From assembly GCA_012026655.1 (NCBI GenBank), contig JAAILG010001044.1, positions 1 to 64,000 on the forward strand: 64,000 nucleotides of DNA, given 5' to 3'. Below the pieces are notes generated by a model. It was given only the letters and a program-made list of their open reading frames with translations, had not been told where the DNA came from and searched no databases. How positions within the stretch are numbered: position 1 is the stretch's first letter; each line of letters starts with the position of its first letter. The DNA comes from Hydrolagus affinis (lineage: Eukaryota). Below, piece after piece: positions 25,466 to 36,961 of this stretch. Made by a program: the position numbers and the translations under genes.

Positions 25466-28056
25466 AAAACGAATAAAAAGATGCCACAACACATCCAACT
25501 AGATTTTGCTGCAATGCTAAAATGGTGTTTTTATGAGGTATTTTTTGAGGTCACTATGGTTTAGCCACTGGTTGGGGTTTTCAAATAGAAGTACTGTACC
25601 ATAGAAGACTTCAAAAAAAGGGCACTGCTGATTAAATTTCCCAGCTTCACCTTTTCTGGGTAAAGTAAATTCAGAAATGTTTTTCTATTGTAATTGTAGT
25701 TCCATTTTAAATGACAGTATATCCTCCCGACATGAAAGGCGCTTCCTAAACGTAATTTTGTCATTATTCCTGATGAGGTTATTCATTTATTTTCCAAATA
25801 AAAATCAGAATTTCATTACGTCATCAAACTCAATACATGTGCTAGAATTTGAAAGATTCACTTAAATATAATACCAATTAACGGTCAGAAGTAAAATTTT
25901 TTTTTAAATTGACTCAATAAATAGAGCCTTTCACATTTGTGAAAAGGTCTCCACATCCCTCAATCTCAATGAATTTATTCTCTCTATAACATACTCTACT
26001 AGCTACAGTGTTTAGCTTGGTTTTTCTACCACAACATAAATCATATTACTGTAGCATTAGTCGACTATGCCATATACCAGCAAATTTGGTGTCAATCTTC
26101 TCTTATTATCTAGGTATTTGCATACTTCAAGTTTTATTGGCTGTCGAAAAGTAGTGCCGAAACACACATGCAGCAGCCACCACCCAGCAAGTAATTTACA
26201 CTATTTTTTGTTGATAAATGTAAGCTTTCATTTGTACAATACCTTTCACGCAAAAGAAACTATCAAAGTCCTTTAAATATAAAATATTACTTGGTATACA
26301 TTAGGAATGGTTAGGAGTGAAACACAAGGTATTAATGGTTTTGATGATAGCATGGATTCAACAGCTACATTAATCCCGGTGGCTAAACAGCTTTATCTGC
26401 AGGATAGTTAGCTTGCTGTGTAATACATTGAACACATTATTTTTCTGTGACTCAATTCTCACCCTATATTCATTGAAGGTTGTGAAATACCAAATCCAGC
26501 ATCGTGGAGGGAGCCACACAGAAAAACAGCGATAGAAATACAAAAACTTAATGGAAAAAGTTCCAAACGAGATGGGGGATTGTGTCAATACATCCTTGGG
26601 ATTGACAAAATGGACGAAGAAGTTGCCTTCGACCCATTTGATTCCTTCCTTTCAGAATACGAACCTCTCATTACAACATTAAACAGTTTTTTTAAAAAAA
26701 AAACGAGTCCAACATCTTGGCCTCAACCACCTTTCCCGCTAATCTGTTTCAATCATTAATAATCGTTGGGTAATGAAATGCTTCCTGGTGTCAGTCGTGA
26801 AACTACTATACTGTGTTCAACATGTTGCCCCCAAAACAAGGAGTGACGCAAAACAATGAATCACATTGTGGAGTCATTTTCTGAATCTTTTAAGATTTTA
26901 TTGCTTGGTGGCTGCACAAATCTACTTCACAGCAAAACAAAACCTTGCAACGATGTTAGAGGGGGAAGTCAAAATGGTGGCCTTCATTCCCCGTTTGCAT
27001 CCAAATATTTCATATGAACCTGCAGGCATTTGATGGCCTTTTGTCCCTCCATTTTGGTCGTGAACACAAACAATGGCATTAATAAATATTTCCAAGTTTC
27101 ACACCAGTGATAGTATTTTTTTCTTCATCAACTGTTGTCTCTCTCTCACTGGATCAACGATCCTTCCCATAAATGGTCCCTCTTTCACAAAACATAATTG
27201 CCAATAATTTTACAATTGAAATGGCAATAAGAAAATTTGAAAGTAGAAAGCCGTTACAGATCACAATGATTACATTAGAGCAATAACAATTCAGAATTGT
27301 CAAATTCATCCCTATATATGTATAGCAAATCGATCACACATTTGTAAATTGTCACTTCAACTGAATGAAATTATGGAATGAGTAGCAAATTTGAATTTGC
27401 TTCGTCTATTTTTCTCCCCCAAATTTGAACCAATTATCAATTGTTTGCGGCCGACTTTCGGAAGAGAACATGGGGGGACTTTGTGGAGAAAGTCGTTGCT
27501 CGGATTTGCTGACAGAAATAAGGCGCTTATAACACCTGAAGTACATCGACTGACCCTAGCAAATGGCTTTGAGGCAGCTGTTCTGAAACATTCTTGTTTC
27601 TGACCTCGACACTTTGACAAAAGTCTTTTCTTACACTGCAACACCATTGTTTACAATGGAACAATATGATTCACAGTTCTACATTTTAGCCTTTGGACAC
27701 CTTCGCACAAGTCATCAAACATGTTATCATGAAATGAGTAGTGTAGCTAGTTGAGGATACCAAAATGCCAAGTACAGTATTACAGCAACTCTTTGAATGC
27801 TCCATCAGTATGAAGTACGTTGTTACACAAAGATTGAACCACAACAATAACGTTTTCCAAAGAAAATCAACTTTGGATCCAGTCATTTTTCTTTTTTCCA
27901 CCCAAAAAGGTTTTATTCTCCTTCTACAAGGCTTCATCAGCTTTGGTGACAATTGCAGAGTAATGCTCTGCTTCAAACGTCAATCATTCAATCCCTGAAA
28001 ATCCAAGCTGCTGAGAAGCCGTGTTATTTCTCTTAGTTAGTGGTGAGTGTGGAGGC

Positions 28057-28357
28057 AATAATAATCCTCGCATTTGACATTGCGCCACATCACGTCTTCG
28101 AGACATCTCACAGCGCTTCACAGAAGCGGCAGCCAACTGGATTGAAGTGACCAAATTCTTCTTATTATTATTATTTTGTTTTGAAGGAATTACTAATGCT
28201 GTAAAAGCTCCAATCTGCCAATCGACTAACAACGGGTTCCTACTTACAGCGGCTTGTGGAGTAAGGAAACCCGCTCAAGGTTTCGCCCTGACTGGGAATT
28301 GAACCCAGGTCTCGCGCTTATGAGGCATGTGCTCTAACCACTGAGCTACAGGACTCC
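28057..28357 (-). mobile_element. SINE, older subfamily with internal deletions
   Basis: Head ctctaaccactgagctacaggactcc, extra internal segment, tail. Confidence 0.85.
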
Positions 28358-29693
28358 TCTGCAATGGTAACAATACCAGCCAATGATGACATTTCTTTCT
28401 CAATATCAAAATGTCCCCATTATTTGGATGAAGCACTCCATCAAATTAATGTTATCCATTTTTCTTGATATGATTGACTGCCCTCTCCTTACCTATTACC
28501 CAAAACAGCCAATATTACCTTACACCTGCCTTTCTCTCAGTACACCTACCTTTGAATTTTCTCTCATTTCTCCTTACTTCTCTCATTACCACTGTCCTCC
28601 CGACGTGAAAGGCGCTATAGAAATGTAATGTTGTTGTAGTTGTTACTTTGCTTGGCAATCTCGAACTCAGGTTTCCCCAACCCCAAAAGTCTCGATCAGT
28701 TCTTTCTTTCTCTCTCCTGTTTGTTTCTCTGTATGAATGTCAATTATTCTCCTTTTCTTTCCACTCCCAATAATTTTTCTCCGGATCCTGGCCTCGCTAC
28801 ATTTCTCTCTTGTTTATCTCGCCACAGGATCCTCCTCTGAAGCATCTTGCTCACGCTGGCGCCATTGTTGAGTAAAAATGCTGCAGAACCACTCCGAGTG
28901 ATTTCCTGAATTAGCTCATTTTTATCTTCCTCGCACAACAAGAAATAAATGGAGCGCACATTAAATGCTGTTCATGCTAATTACTGCCGTAAATACTTTT
29001 AAATAGTTCAAACTGATAATCTATAATTACTTGGACAGACGGTTTCCCCAACGTAAAACACTCCATAACATCGGACTATGTAATCCATAAAGTCCAGATG
29101 TGTAGTCCAAAATCAGTCAGTAATTTATTCCTGCATTTAACTAGCAGCACTGCTTATCGCGTCAAAAATATGTTATTCTAACAGGCAGCATAAAGGTTTC
29201 TTCCGTGGAAAGAATTCAACCGCGGAATTAAAAGAATACATTTCCGCAATGTAAACAGCAGTAATTTGTGTGTTTTTTTGGGCGGAAAGATTAGTTCCTA
29301 AAGAACCATGTCATTCAAACTTTGCAATACATATTTTAGATGGGGAAAAATAGTGTGAATTTCCTTTTTTTGCAAATGCTGTTTATGTGTAAGCTTTCAT
29401 TTCAGTGTGGTTAACTTTACCAAATGTCAAGAGAGTAATTATATTCTGACTGAGTGTTATTCAGTCTCTTTTTAAAAAAAAATATTTTTAAACCTCAAGA
29501 ATTGTTTCAGCAGATGTCATGCTTTCAAGTTTAAGGAGATGAGCACAAATAAACTCCCAATCGCCTCTCCAATGTGTAAACCACATCTATAGCTGCTGTC
29601 TTTTTCCCTCCTTTGAAGTGCACCAAAAATGTCATGTGTCGTGAATACCACTGTGCATAAGCCAGACAATTTGCTCACTCTCAAAATCCTTAC

Positions 29694-29778
29694 CAGTTTC
29701 AACGGTTATTTGGTATCCAGCCTCTAGTCTCCGCGATGACCTTTCCAAGCGTTCCGTATTATCCAGCAGCAAAGCTCT
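29694..29778 (-). CDS. VTI1A: VTI1A internal coding exon (equivalent to human exon 5), 85 nt, start of Qb-SNARE motif
   Basis: Minus strand reads attttgtttcag|AGAGCTTTG...GTTGAAACTG|gtaagg and translates to RALLLDNTERLERSSRRLEAGYQITVET+G. Recalled human sequence is RAHLLDNTERLERSSRRLEAGYQIAVETE. Confidence 0.97.
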
Positions 29779-31639
29779 CTGAAACAAAATTGACGATGAT
29801 TATTACACACAATACTTAAGTGCTAGATTATAATTGCACATAATTTAATATGGAAGGAACCGTACACAAGAAAAATAGCATAAAAGCCACATTTTGAAGT
29901 TGGAATATTCACTTGTGTCATTTTTTTTTGCAAAATAGAGCTAGGTTGAGCTCACAGAATAACTAAAACCTACTTTTTTGTACTAATTTCTTCACAAATG
30001 ACTAATTGTCTGATTGGAATGACAAGCAGTTTCCAGGTTAGGTTCAGTAAATTGAGAGAGATTCTATGGATGTGGTAGCACTGAGCATGTATCATTTAAA
30101 GCATTTTTTTCTCTCACACAATATTTCGAGCAAGACACAAAAATTCTAAAGGGTGAACTCAGGAAGCAATGTTGATGGTTTCAAGGCTCACGTAAATGAA
30201 AACCGTGCCTCTCTATTGCATCGAGACTCTTGTGAATTGAGTCGGAATAAACCAGTAAACAGAAGTAATTCCCATTCAGTGCCAGTTTTCTGAAAATGTT
30301 GCCAGTCTGAATTCATTACTCTTTCTGTGTTCAACTGAATGGAATCGGACTCTTTCAGCAATTACGAAGAACCACCTTGAATGTTTACATACAAATTGGT
30401 TTACTTGGTATCCCGTAACTCCTATCTGAACTCTATTTTGTACTGTACCATATTTACAAGGTTTGAACCATTTGGAAATATTTAATGATCACATTTGCCG
30501 AAAATAATATACTGTATTGGCAAAGTAATCAGTTTTACTGACTGCAAAACCAATCTAGTTTTCAGAAATAAAAGCTACTTGCAATATCCTTCTGTATAGG
30601 AAACAAACTATAATAGACAATAGACACACTCATTATGACAAAATTAACACGGCATTTAGATTGATTCAATTATATTGATTATTAGAAATAAATTGCATAG
30701 TGTGAGAACAATCATACTTGGTCTTGATCTTTAATAGTTTTTGCTTGTAATTTTCTAAAGTGTCTTATTATGGCAATGCTGTAGAATTTCGCTCGGGATT
30801 TTATGCTCATTACAGGAAAAATATGGAGTGCTTTGTGAATGCTAGGAGTCTTATTTAAACTGATGTTCTGTGGAATAATTAGGCTCCAATACTGTGCCAC
30901 ACAAGTTGAAATAAATAGCTGTATAATAAGATAAGCAGAATTTTAGATAGGCACAGCTACACCACAATTATCATATCTTATATACAAAACATCTGTACGA
31001 TTTTATTGTCATTGTTACTGTCATCATTAAGATACATGGCCTTTTTAAGGCCATTCTGGGAATGGAGAAGCTTTTAATCAGTGGATATTTTCCTTGACTT
31101 TAGAGCATCATGTTGGCGTTTGAATATTGAAATAGATGCTTATTTTCTCCAGAAAAAACATCAAACACAGCTTATAATGTGTATTTTAGTTAATGCTTTT
31201 CAAACTAAATCTATAAATTACAACAGTTTGAGTGGATCACTTTAAAAATACGCAGACCGATATATACACATTTAAATAAACAAATGTATTGAAGTGGATC
31301 AATTCAGGAGGGTTTTTTTTTTAAGCATTCAAATAAAGCTTGTTTTTGTTCTTTTCAGACCTTTCTAACTCAATCACAGTGGAGTGAAACTTCTGGCTTG
31401 TGTTAATCTTAAATGTTTTAATTTTAATAATTAGAAAGAAAGAAAGGTTTTTGAAAAGGCTTCTATAGCACAAAAAGAAAAGGGAAAAACAAAGATTTTC
31501 ACGTAAAGGACAGGATCTCGCTTGCGATGTTGTTTCCTACCACTTTACGCCCATCAACTCTTTTCTTTAGAGAATTTTAATCCTACTTTCTTTCAGGGGG
31601 GAAAAAAAAAGACTAGACCCTGGTTTGTCATCCCAGTTC

Positions 31640-32200
31640 TATTCATGCTGTCAAAAGGCATACGAACTAATCACATGGAAAAAACGAGAGGGGCTACCAC
31701 ATTTCAAGACCATTTTTGAGTTTGACAGTCAGAAAGCTTCACCAAGAACTTTCCTCGCTGACAGATGTCACTTAAAATTGGAGAAATACTTTCTAATAAA
31801 AATGGTGCCATATGAACAATCTGAATCATGTCCATAGAAGTGAGTTGCCTTGCTCTAATGAGCCCCTATGGATCTCCCTGATGCAGCTGTATTGACATGC
31901 TCACTTAAGCTAATACACCTAGACCAAGATGCCTTGGTGCCTTGAGCACTGACAGTCTGGGATACTGACAGTGTATCTTGCTTCAATCTTCAAAGGAGAA
32001 GTGATTAGAATGTTATCATTACCATTCGAAACGTGATTTTCCTATTCCCTCTTGGCAGAGGTGACATATCTGTGAGATGTGGCCAGCAGATCGCAGCAGC
32101 TAAAGCCACTTCAAAGCTTCCCTTGAAATTTTTTTCGAAATCATTAGAACAATGTGTTCAGATCAACGCAGATAGGACCTGATGTGAAGGTCAGACACAT
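31640..32200. promoter_or_regulatory. Candidate intronic enhancer or conserved element
   Basis: Repeat-free block with five TGACAG/CTGTCA sites and two CTTTGAAG TCF-type sites. Confidence 0.45.
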
Positions 32201-32417
32201 TGCAATAACAATCTATACTAATTAATCTACCTCTTCAAATATGGAGTACGCTTGTTTGGGATAAATTATACTGATTACATTACATAACACAAAAACAATT
32301 TTAGAAAAAAACAGCAAGGTTTCCAACATGGTTCTCAAAAAAATTAACAGTTGACAGAAAACAACGATATTTCCCAAGCACACATAGATACCTAACAACA
32401 AACAAGAATGCACTCAC

Positions 32418-32438
32418 CTCTTCACGCAATTTTATCAA
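32418..32438 (-). CDS. VTI1A: VTI1A 21-nt alternative microexon (Vti1a-beta insert LIKLREE)
   Basis: Minus strand reads ttctgtgcgttcacag|TTGATAAAATTGCGTGAAGAG|gtgagtg = LIKLREE. It is in frame between the ...SENQ and RALLL... exons and matches the recalled brain-specific 7-aa insert of mammalian Vti1a-beta. Confidence 0.95.
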
Positions 32439-34550
32439 CTGTGAACGCACAGAAAGATAAAAAGGAAAGAAATGGCAGGGATGAAACATCTGTCATACAG
32501 CAGGGTAGAACATTAACTATGACAATTTATCTGTTTACGTACTTAGTATTAAGAAATCATAGAAGAGTTCCTTTAAAGAACCTAAAAAGGCTCATGCAAA
32601 GAGAATTTTCAGAAGCATATTTTGAAAGAACAAAGATTAGTTCTTCCTTTGTCAACACAGATGGTTACAATCATTTTTCTCTTGTTTAGTGCACAAGAGC
32701 TATGTTTGTCGCATGCTTCAAAGAAAGAGGGGGGCTTTACAGCAAAGATCTTTTTAAGAGACGTAAAATGTGTACAGTATCATTTCAAATTGTTGAAGTA
32801 GAGATGGCATTGTCATCGTCCATTTAACAGCTGCGATTAAAGACAAAGCGAAGCAGGCGTAACTGTGGGTCCAATATACACATTCAGAACATACACAACA
32901 CTGACAAGACTGACTGCATTGATTTACGCACAGATGTGGATTTTAATTGATTATAAACAAACTTGTGGTTAAAAAGGGACACTTTTAAAAAAAAAACACA
33001 TTCTGAAACCAACAGCGTGGGGGGAAAAGTGGACCATACAACATGCAACAGAGAGGTGGAGGGAGGCAGATTTCTGAATCTTTTTGAGCTGAAAATTGAA
33101 AGCACTGCAGCGGCGAAGGATAAATAAAGTACTTTTACTTCATAGGAGAACGTTACAAAATACCTAACAAAAATAACAGAGCTGCTGGCACTTACTTAAA
33201 AAGGAAAATCTACTTTTCCAATGATACCACTGACAAATGTTTTGAGGTTAGGAAGATGGTGCGAGCTTTTTCGGGTCACCACCTCAAATTGACCAGAATA
33301 CTTAACGGGCCAAAGTGCAAAACTACGCACTAGATGTGACCTATCCTCTCCAGTCATATCCATGAGAGGTACTATGAGGCGATGGCCAGTTGTTTTACAA
33401 TAGAATCTTAACAAAATGTGTTCTATCTTGTTTGTGCTGCCTGGCTGATTTTAAAGCTTCTCCATGGATTTGAGGGCGGCTTTAGTTTAGTTTATTTTCT
33501 GCCACGCTGAGGTACGTATTAATGCGTATTAACGGGGGGGCGGAAAAAGTGCTATTCAGATAGATAACAAGAGAATATACTGAAAGTTGCATTTAGTGGG
33601 CAATTGGACAATTGCGTTTTGCATTTTCTTCATTATCATCGTCATTAAGGACGGAGTTCTGCCGTTTCGGGTTATGATAATCGCAGGATTTTCAAACAAA
33701 GATTTTCAATATGGGTATTCGATACGAGTGGTAATCTGTTCTTTGTAACCTGAAAAATCTGGTGCGCGCTGGTTTGAACCAGCAGAATCTCTAGTGGCCA
33801 GACTGCTGCTGTGACTGAAATCGAAACTGCGCCGCAGTGTGTGAGATCCACGTGACACGCAAAACTACAGAATTATGAAAAGCGATAACGCCAATTCCTT
33901 CTCTGTCCGCATACAGATAACGAATAAATGCTGAACTCTATTAAATGTCCTTTACACATTATCGCTAGGTGAACACGCAATTTTCAGAACTCATAAAGGT
34001 TCTCCATTCATTTCGTTATAAATCCTCGCCATGTAACTAACAGATTTGTTGCTCATAATGATCTGCTCTGCCAGGGCTATATGAGATGATATTGACCTCT
34101 TTCAGATCTTTGGGAATTAAATTGACCAGTGCAAACCTCTGTGCTAAAACTGCAGTTTGGTGTATTCCGTGCACGGTAAGCCCTGTAGCATTATCGCTGG
34201 AGCTCACTACTTCACAAGTTTCGGCCGTATTACTTGCATTAACAAAATAAACAAAAACTTAGAAGCAAAGTTGGACATCTTGCAGATTTTGTCCTAAACT
34301 CGAAATTTGCCAGCCGAATATGAAAAAAGAATCTCCCCGATAAGGTTCTGCCCGCGGTCTTTGTACTATGATTAAAACCTAAACGGTTTTTAAATCGGAG
34401 GTTTTGTTGTTGCTTAGCTTTGCATTAAACAATGTATTTCCACTTGAGTTGCTGTTAATGCTGTTACTGAGCAGCTTGAGAAGACCTACTAGTGTCTGAC
34501 CTTCATCACCCTCGAGCCACCCACAAGGGTATGCTGATTAGTGGCCATAC

Positions 34551-34634
34551 CTGGTTCTCGGAGGTATTCCCATCATCCCCCAGGAGCTCATTTCGAAGGT
34601 TTACCTCATCACTGTAGGCGATTCGTGACCTTTT
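34551..34634 (-). CDS. VTI1A: VTI1A internal coding exon (equivalent to human exon 4), 84 nt, phase 0/0
   Basis: Minus strand reads ...cctttcgtttacag|AAAAGGTCACGA...GAGAACCAG|gtatgg and translates to KRSRIAYSDEVNLRNELLGDDGNTSENQ. This matches recalled human VTI1A KRSRIAYSDEVRNELLGDDGNSSENQ. Canonical AG/GT and a strong polypyrimidine tract. Confidence 0.97.
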
Positions 34635-34726
34635 CTGTAAACGAAAGGGAAAAAAAAAAGAGCAAAACTTGTGTTAGAAAGTAGGACTTACAAAATTAGT
34701 AGAAGTATAGTCTTCATACAGCGGCA

Positions 34727-34740
34727 GAGCCCCCTGATGG
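34727..34740 (-). promoter_or_regulatory. Candidate CTCF site
   Basis: Minus strand CCATCAGGGGGCTC versus consensus CCACCAGGGGGCGC; motif match only. Confidence 0.5.
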
Positions 34741-36887
34741 ATTGCCTCCACCGCACAGATCTACTGTGGCAGTTTACTGTTCGGTGGTGAGATTCATGTT
34801 TGGACAAGTGCCTCAGTCAGTACAATGGAGGGAAAGGACTTGCCAGCAAAGATGTTGCTGTCTCTCATTTAACAAAGTTGGCTACAGTCTGCTGATTTTT
34901 TCACACAACTTCATAGTTTGAAGGGGGCGCGGACAGGGGGTCGTGGAGAGAGATGAATATTAGACCTCCACATGTCCCAATCTTGTGGTTTTCAAACAGT
35001 ACGTAGAAGAAATGATTAAGGAAAGCAGTTTGTTTGTTTTCCTTTCCTGAAACCTTCCCAAAGTATGAACATTTAAAATACCTCAAGTTAAAAAAAAATG
35101 GGCTACGGAAATTATTAACTTTTGCAGAACTTTAAATGTTAACAAAACTATCATCATGTAATCAACTAAATCAACTCGAGTATTTGTGTAAAGTTTCATT
35201 TTGTTCCACAATTGTATATGAAATTCATTTTACAATGATTTCAACAAGGCTCTACTAGTTCAAAATACTGCATAAAATGTTTGATCCGATTAACTATCGT
35301 GGTGATTTAAGTTCTAATGTCTTACCGCAAGTAAAATCTATTTAAAAAATATATTGCAGTCAAGTTCTTGTTGCATGCACAATGCATTTGCAGTGTACTA
35401 TGGTCAACAATCCTCCGCACGCTGCACAAGTTATTTTTCCAAAGAATTTTAATGAAACATCATATCAAATATAATGGGTGGAAATTGACCGGTTCTATGT
35501 TTTAATTACAGTATATTATCCCGAGATATGTTTTGAAGGAACCAACACCCTCTTCTAAATTGAAAAGCAAAATTGGCAAAGGTCAAAACGCTCATCAATG
35601 AAAAATAAATTATACTATACACCAGAACAGTTTTCATACTCTAAAGCAAATAATCTTCAGTCATTATAAGGCCCAAGACCACTATGAAAACCCATTAGTA
35701 AACATTTCAGATTTCCACTGCTTGCTAAGTTAGTTGATTATTGCGCAAGTCCAAGTCAGAAGTTAGTGGGATAAATACTTGTTTCGATCCAGAACTTTGT
35801 GGTGTCCTACATTCCCATATTTACAGTATTGTCATAATTGGTAACCATGACAATCACAAATAGTTTTTGGTCTCTTGTGAAATTGGACACAATGAATAAA
35901 AAAATATATTTGTGAACGTTCTGAAAAGGCATAATTAAATCTACATTCATTTGAATCAAAATTCAACATGCATTTCTAATATAAATAGAACAATTGACAA
36001 CGCACCGAAGAGGTTACAAAATGGGTAACAGGGTAATATTGACGACGAACTGGCAACTTAATTACGCATTGGAATAAAGTGGATATTGAACTCTTCCATT
36101 GTCTTTCTGGGTTTATAAATCACAGGCTGCAAATAAAAACATCAAGCTTTTGGGGGCCTTTCTCACAGCGACTATTAATAGCAAAGCACTCTTTAATACT
36201 TCCCTTGATATCATGTGAGGAAAGCAAGGAAGGAAGTGTTGGACTGCAGTGAAAAGAGAAACAGCAGCCTGTGGTGAGAGCTGAGGCCTGGCAGGGGAGT
36301 CTTACAAGAGTTGCAATGTGGGCAGTCTGAAGCACAGTTTGATAGGAGCCACGCTTAGTTTTTAATTGGGAAATCATTTCTGCTTTTCACCTGCCATTTG
36401 TGCCAGTGAGACATTAAATCTTCATAGAGGGAATTGGATTTTTTTTTAAGATATAAAAAAAAGAGCTGGGATGGCTTGCTGCCTCTCGTGGCTACAGCTG
36501 TGAAAGACCCTTCTGAGCTTGAAGTGGCAGCTTGACCACACAGATGCCAATAGGTAAGAGTAACGACAGTGAGACAGGGTAGCAGATTTATCACAAACGT
36601 CCCCAGAAGAGGTGCAAGTCACATTTTTTTTTCTATTTTTACAGGTTTTTAAATAAAGAATATCACGTATCTGCAGGAAAGAGAGAGAAGCAAGACTTGA
36701 GCTAAATTGGAAATGACTTTTTTTTAACGTAGCAGAATGTTCCACATTAGTTCCATTCATAATGTGGACAAACATGCCTCAGTCACGTAAAATATACAAA
36801 CATTTCCACCTGTGGAGATAGGGAAGGGGGGAAAATCAATGCTTACATCAACCCTTGATTGTACAAGCTTAAAATTCTGCTTAAATT

Positions 36888-36961
36888 TATATTCTGTGAA
36901 GCACTTTGAGATGTCAAGATGTGAAAAACGCAGTATCAAATGCAATCATTATTATTATTAA
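36888..36961 (+). mobile_element. Main SINE 3' fragment
   Basis: tattctgtgaagcactttgaga...atcaaatgcaatcattattatt. Confidence 0.85.

Noticed and set aside
1-29693. Search for downstream VTI1A exons (QIGQEMLENL..., LRETDANLGK...)
   Set aside because: No match found by eye; probably outside the window.
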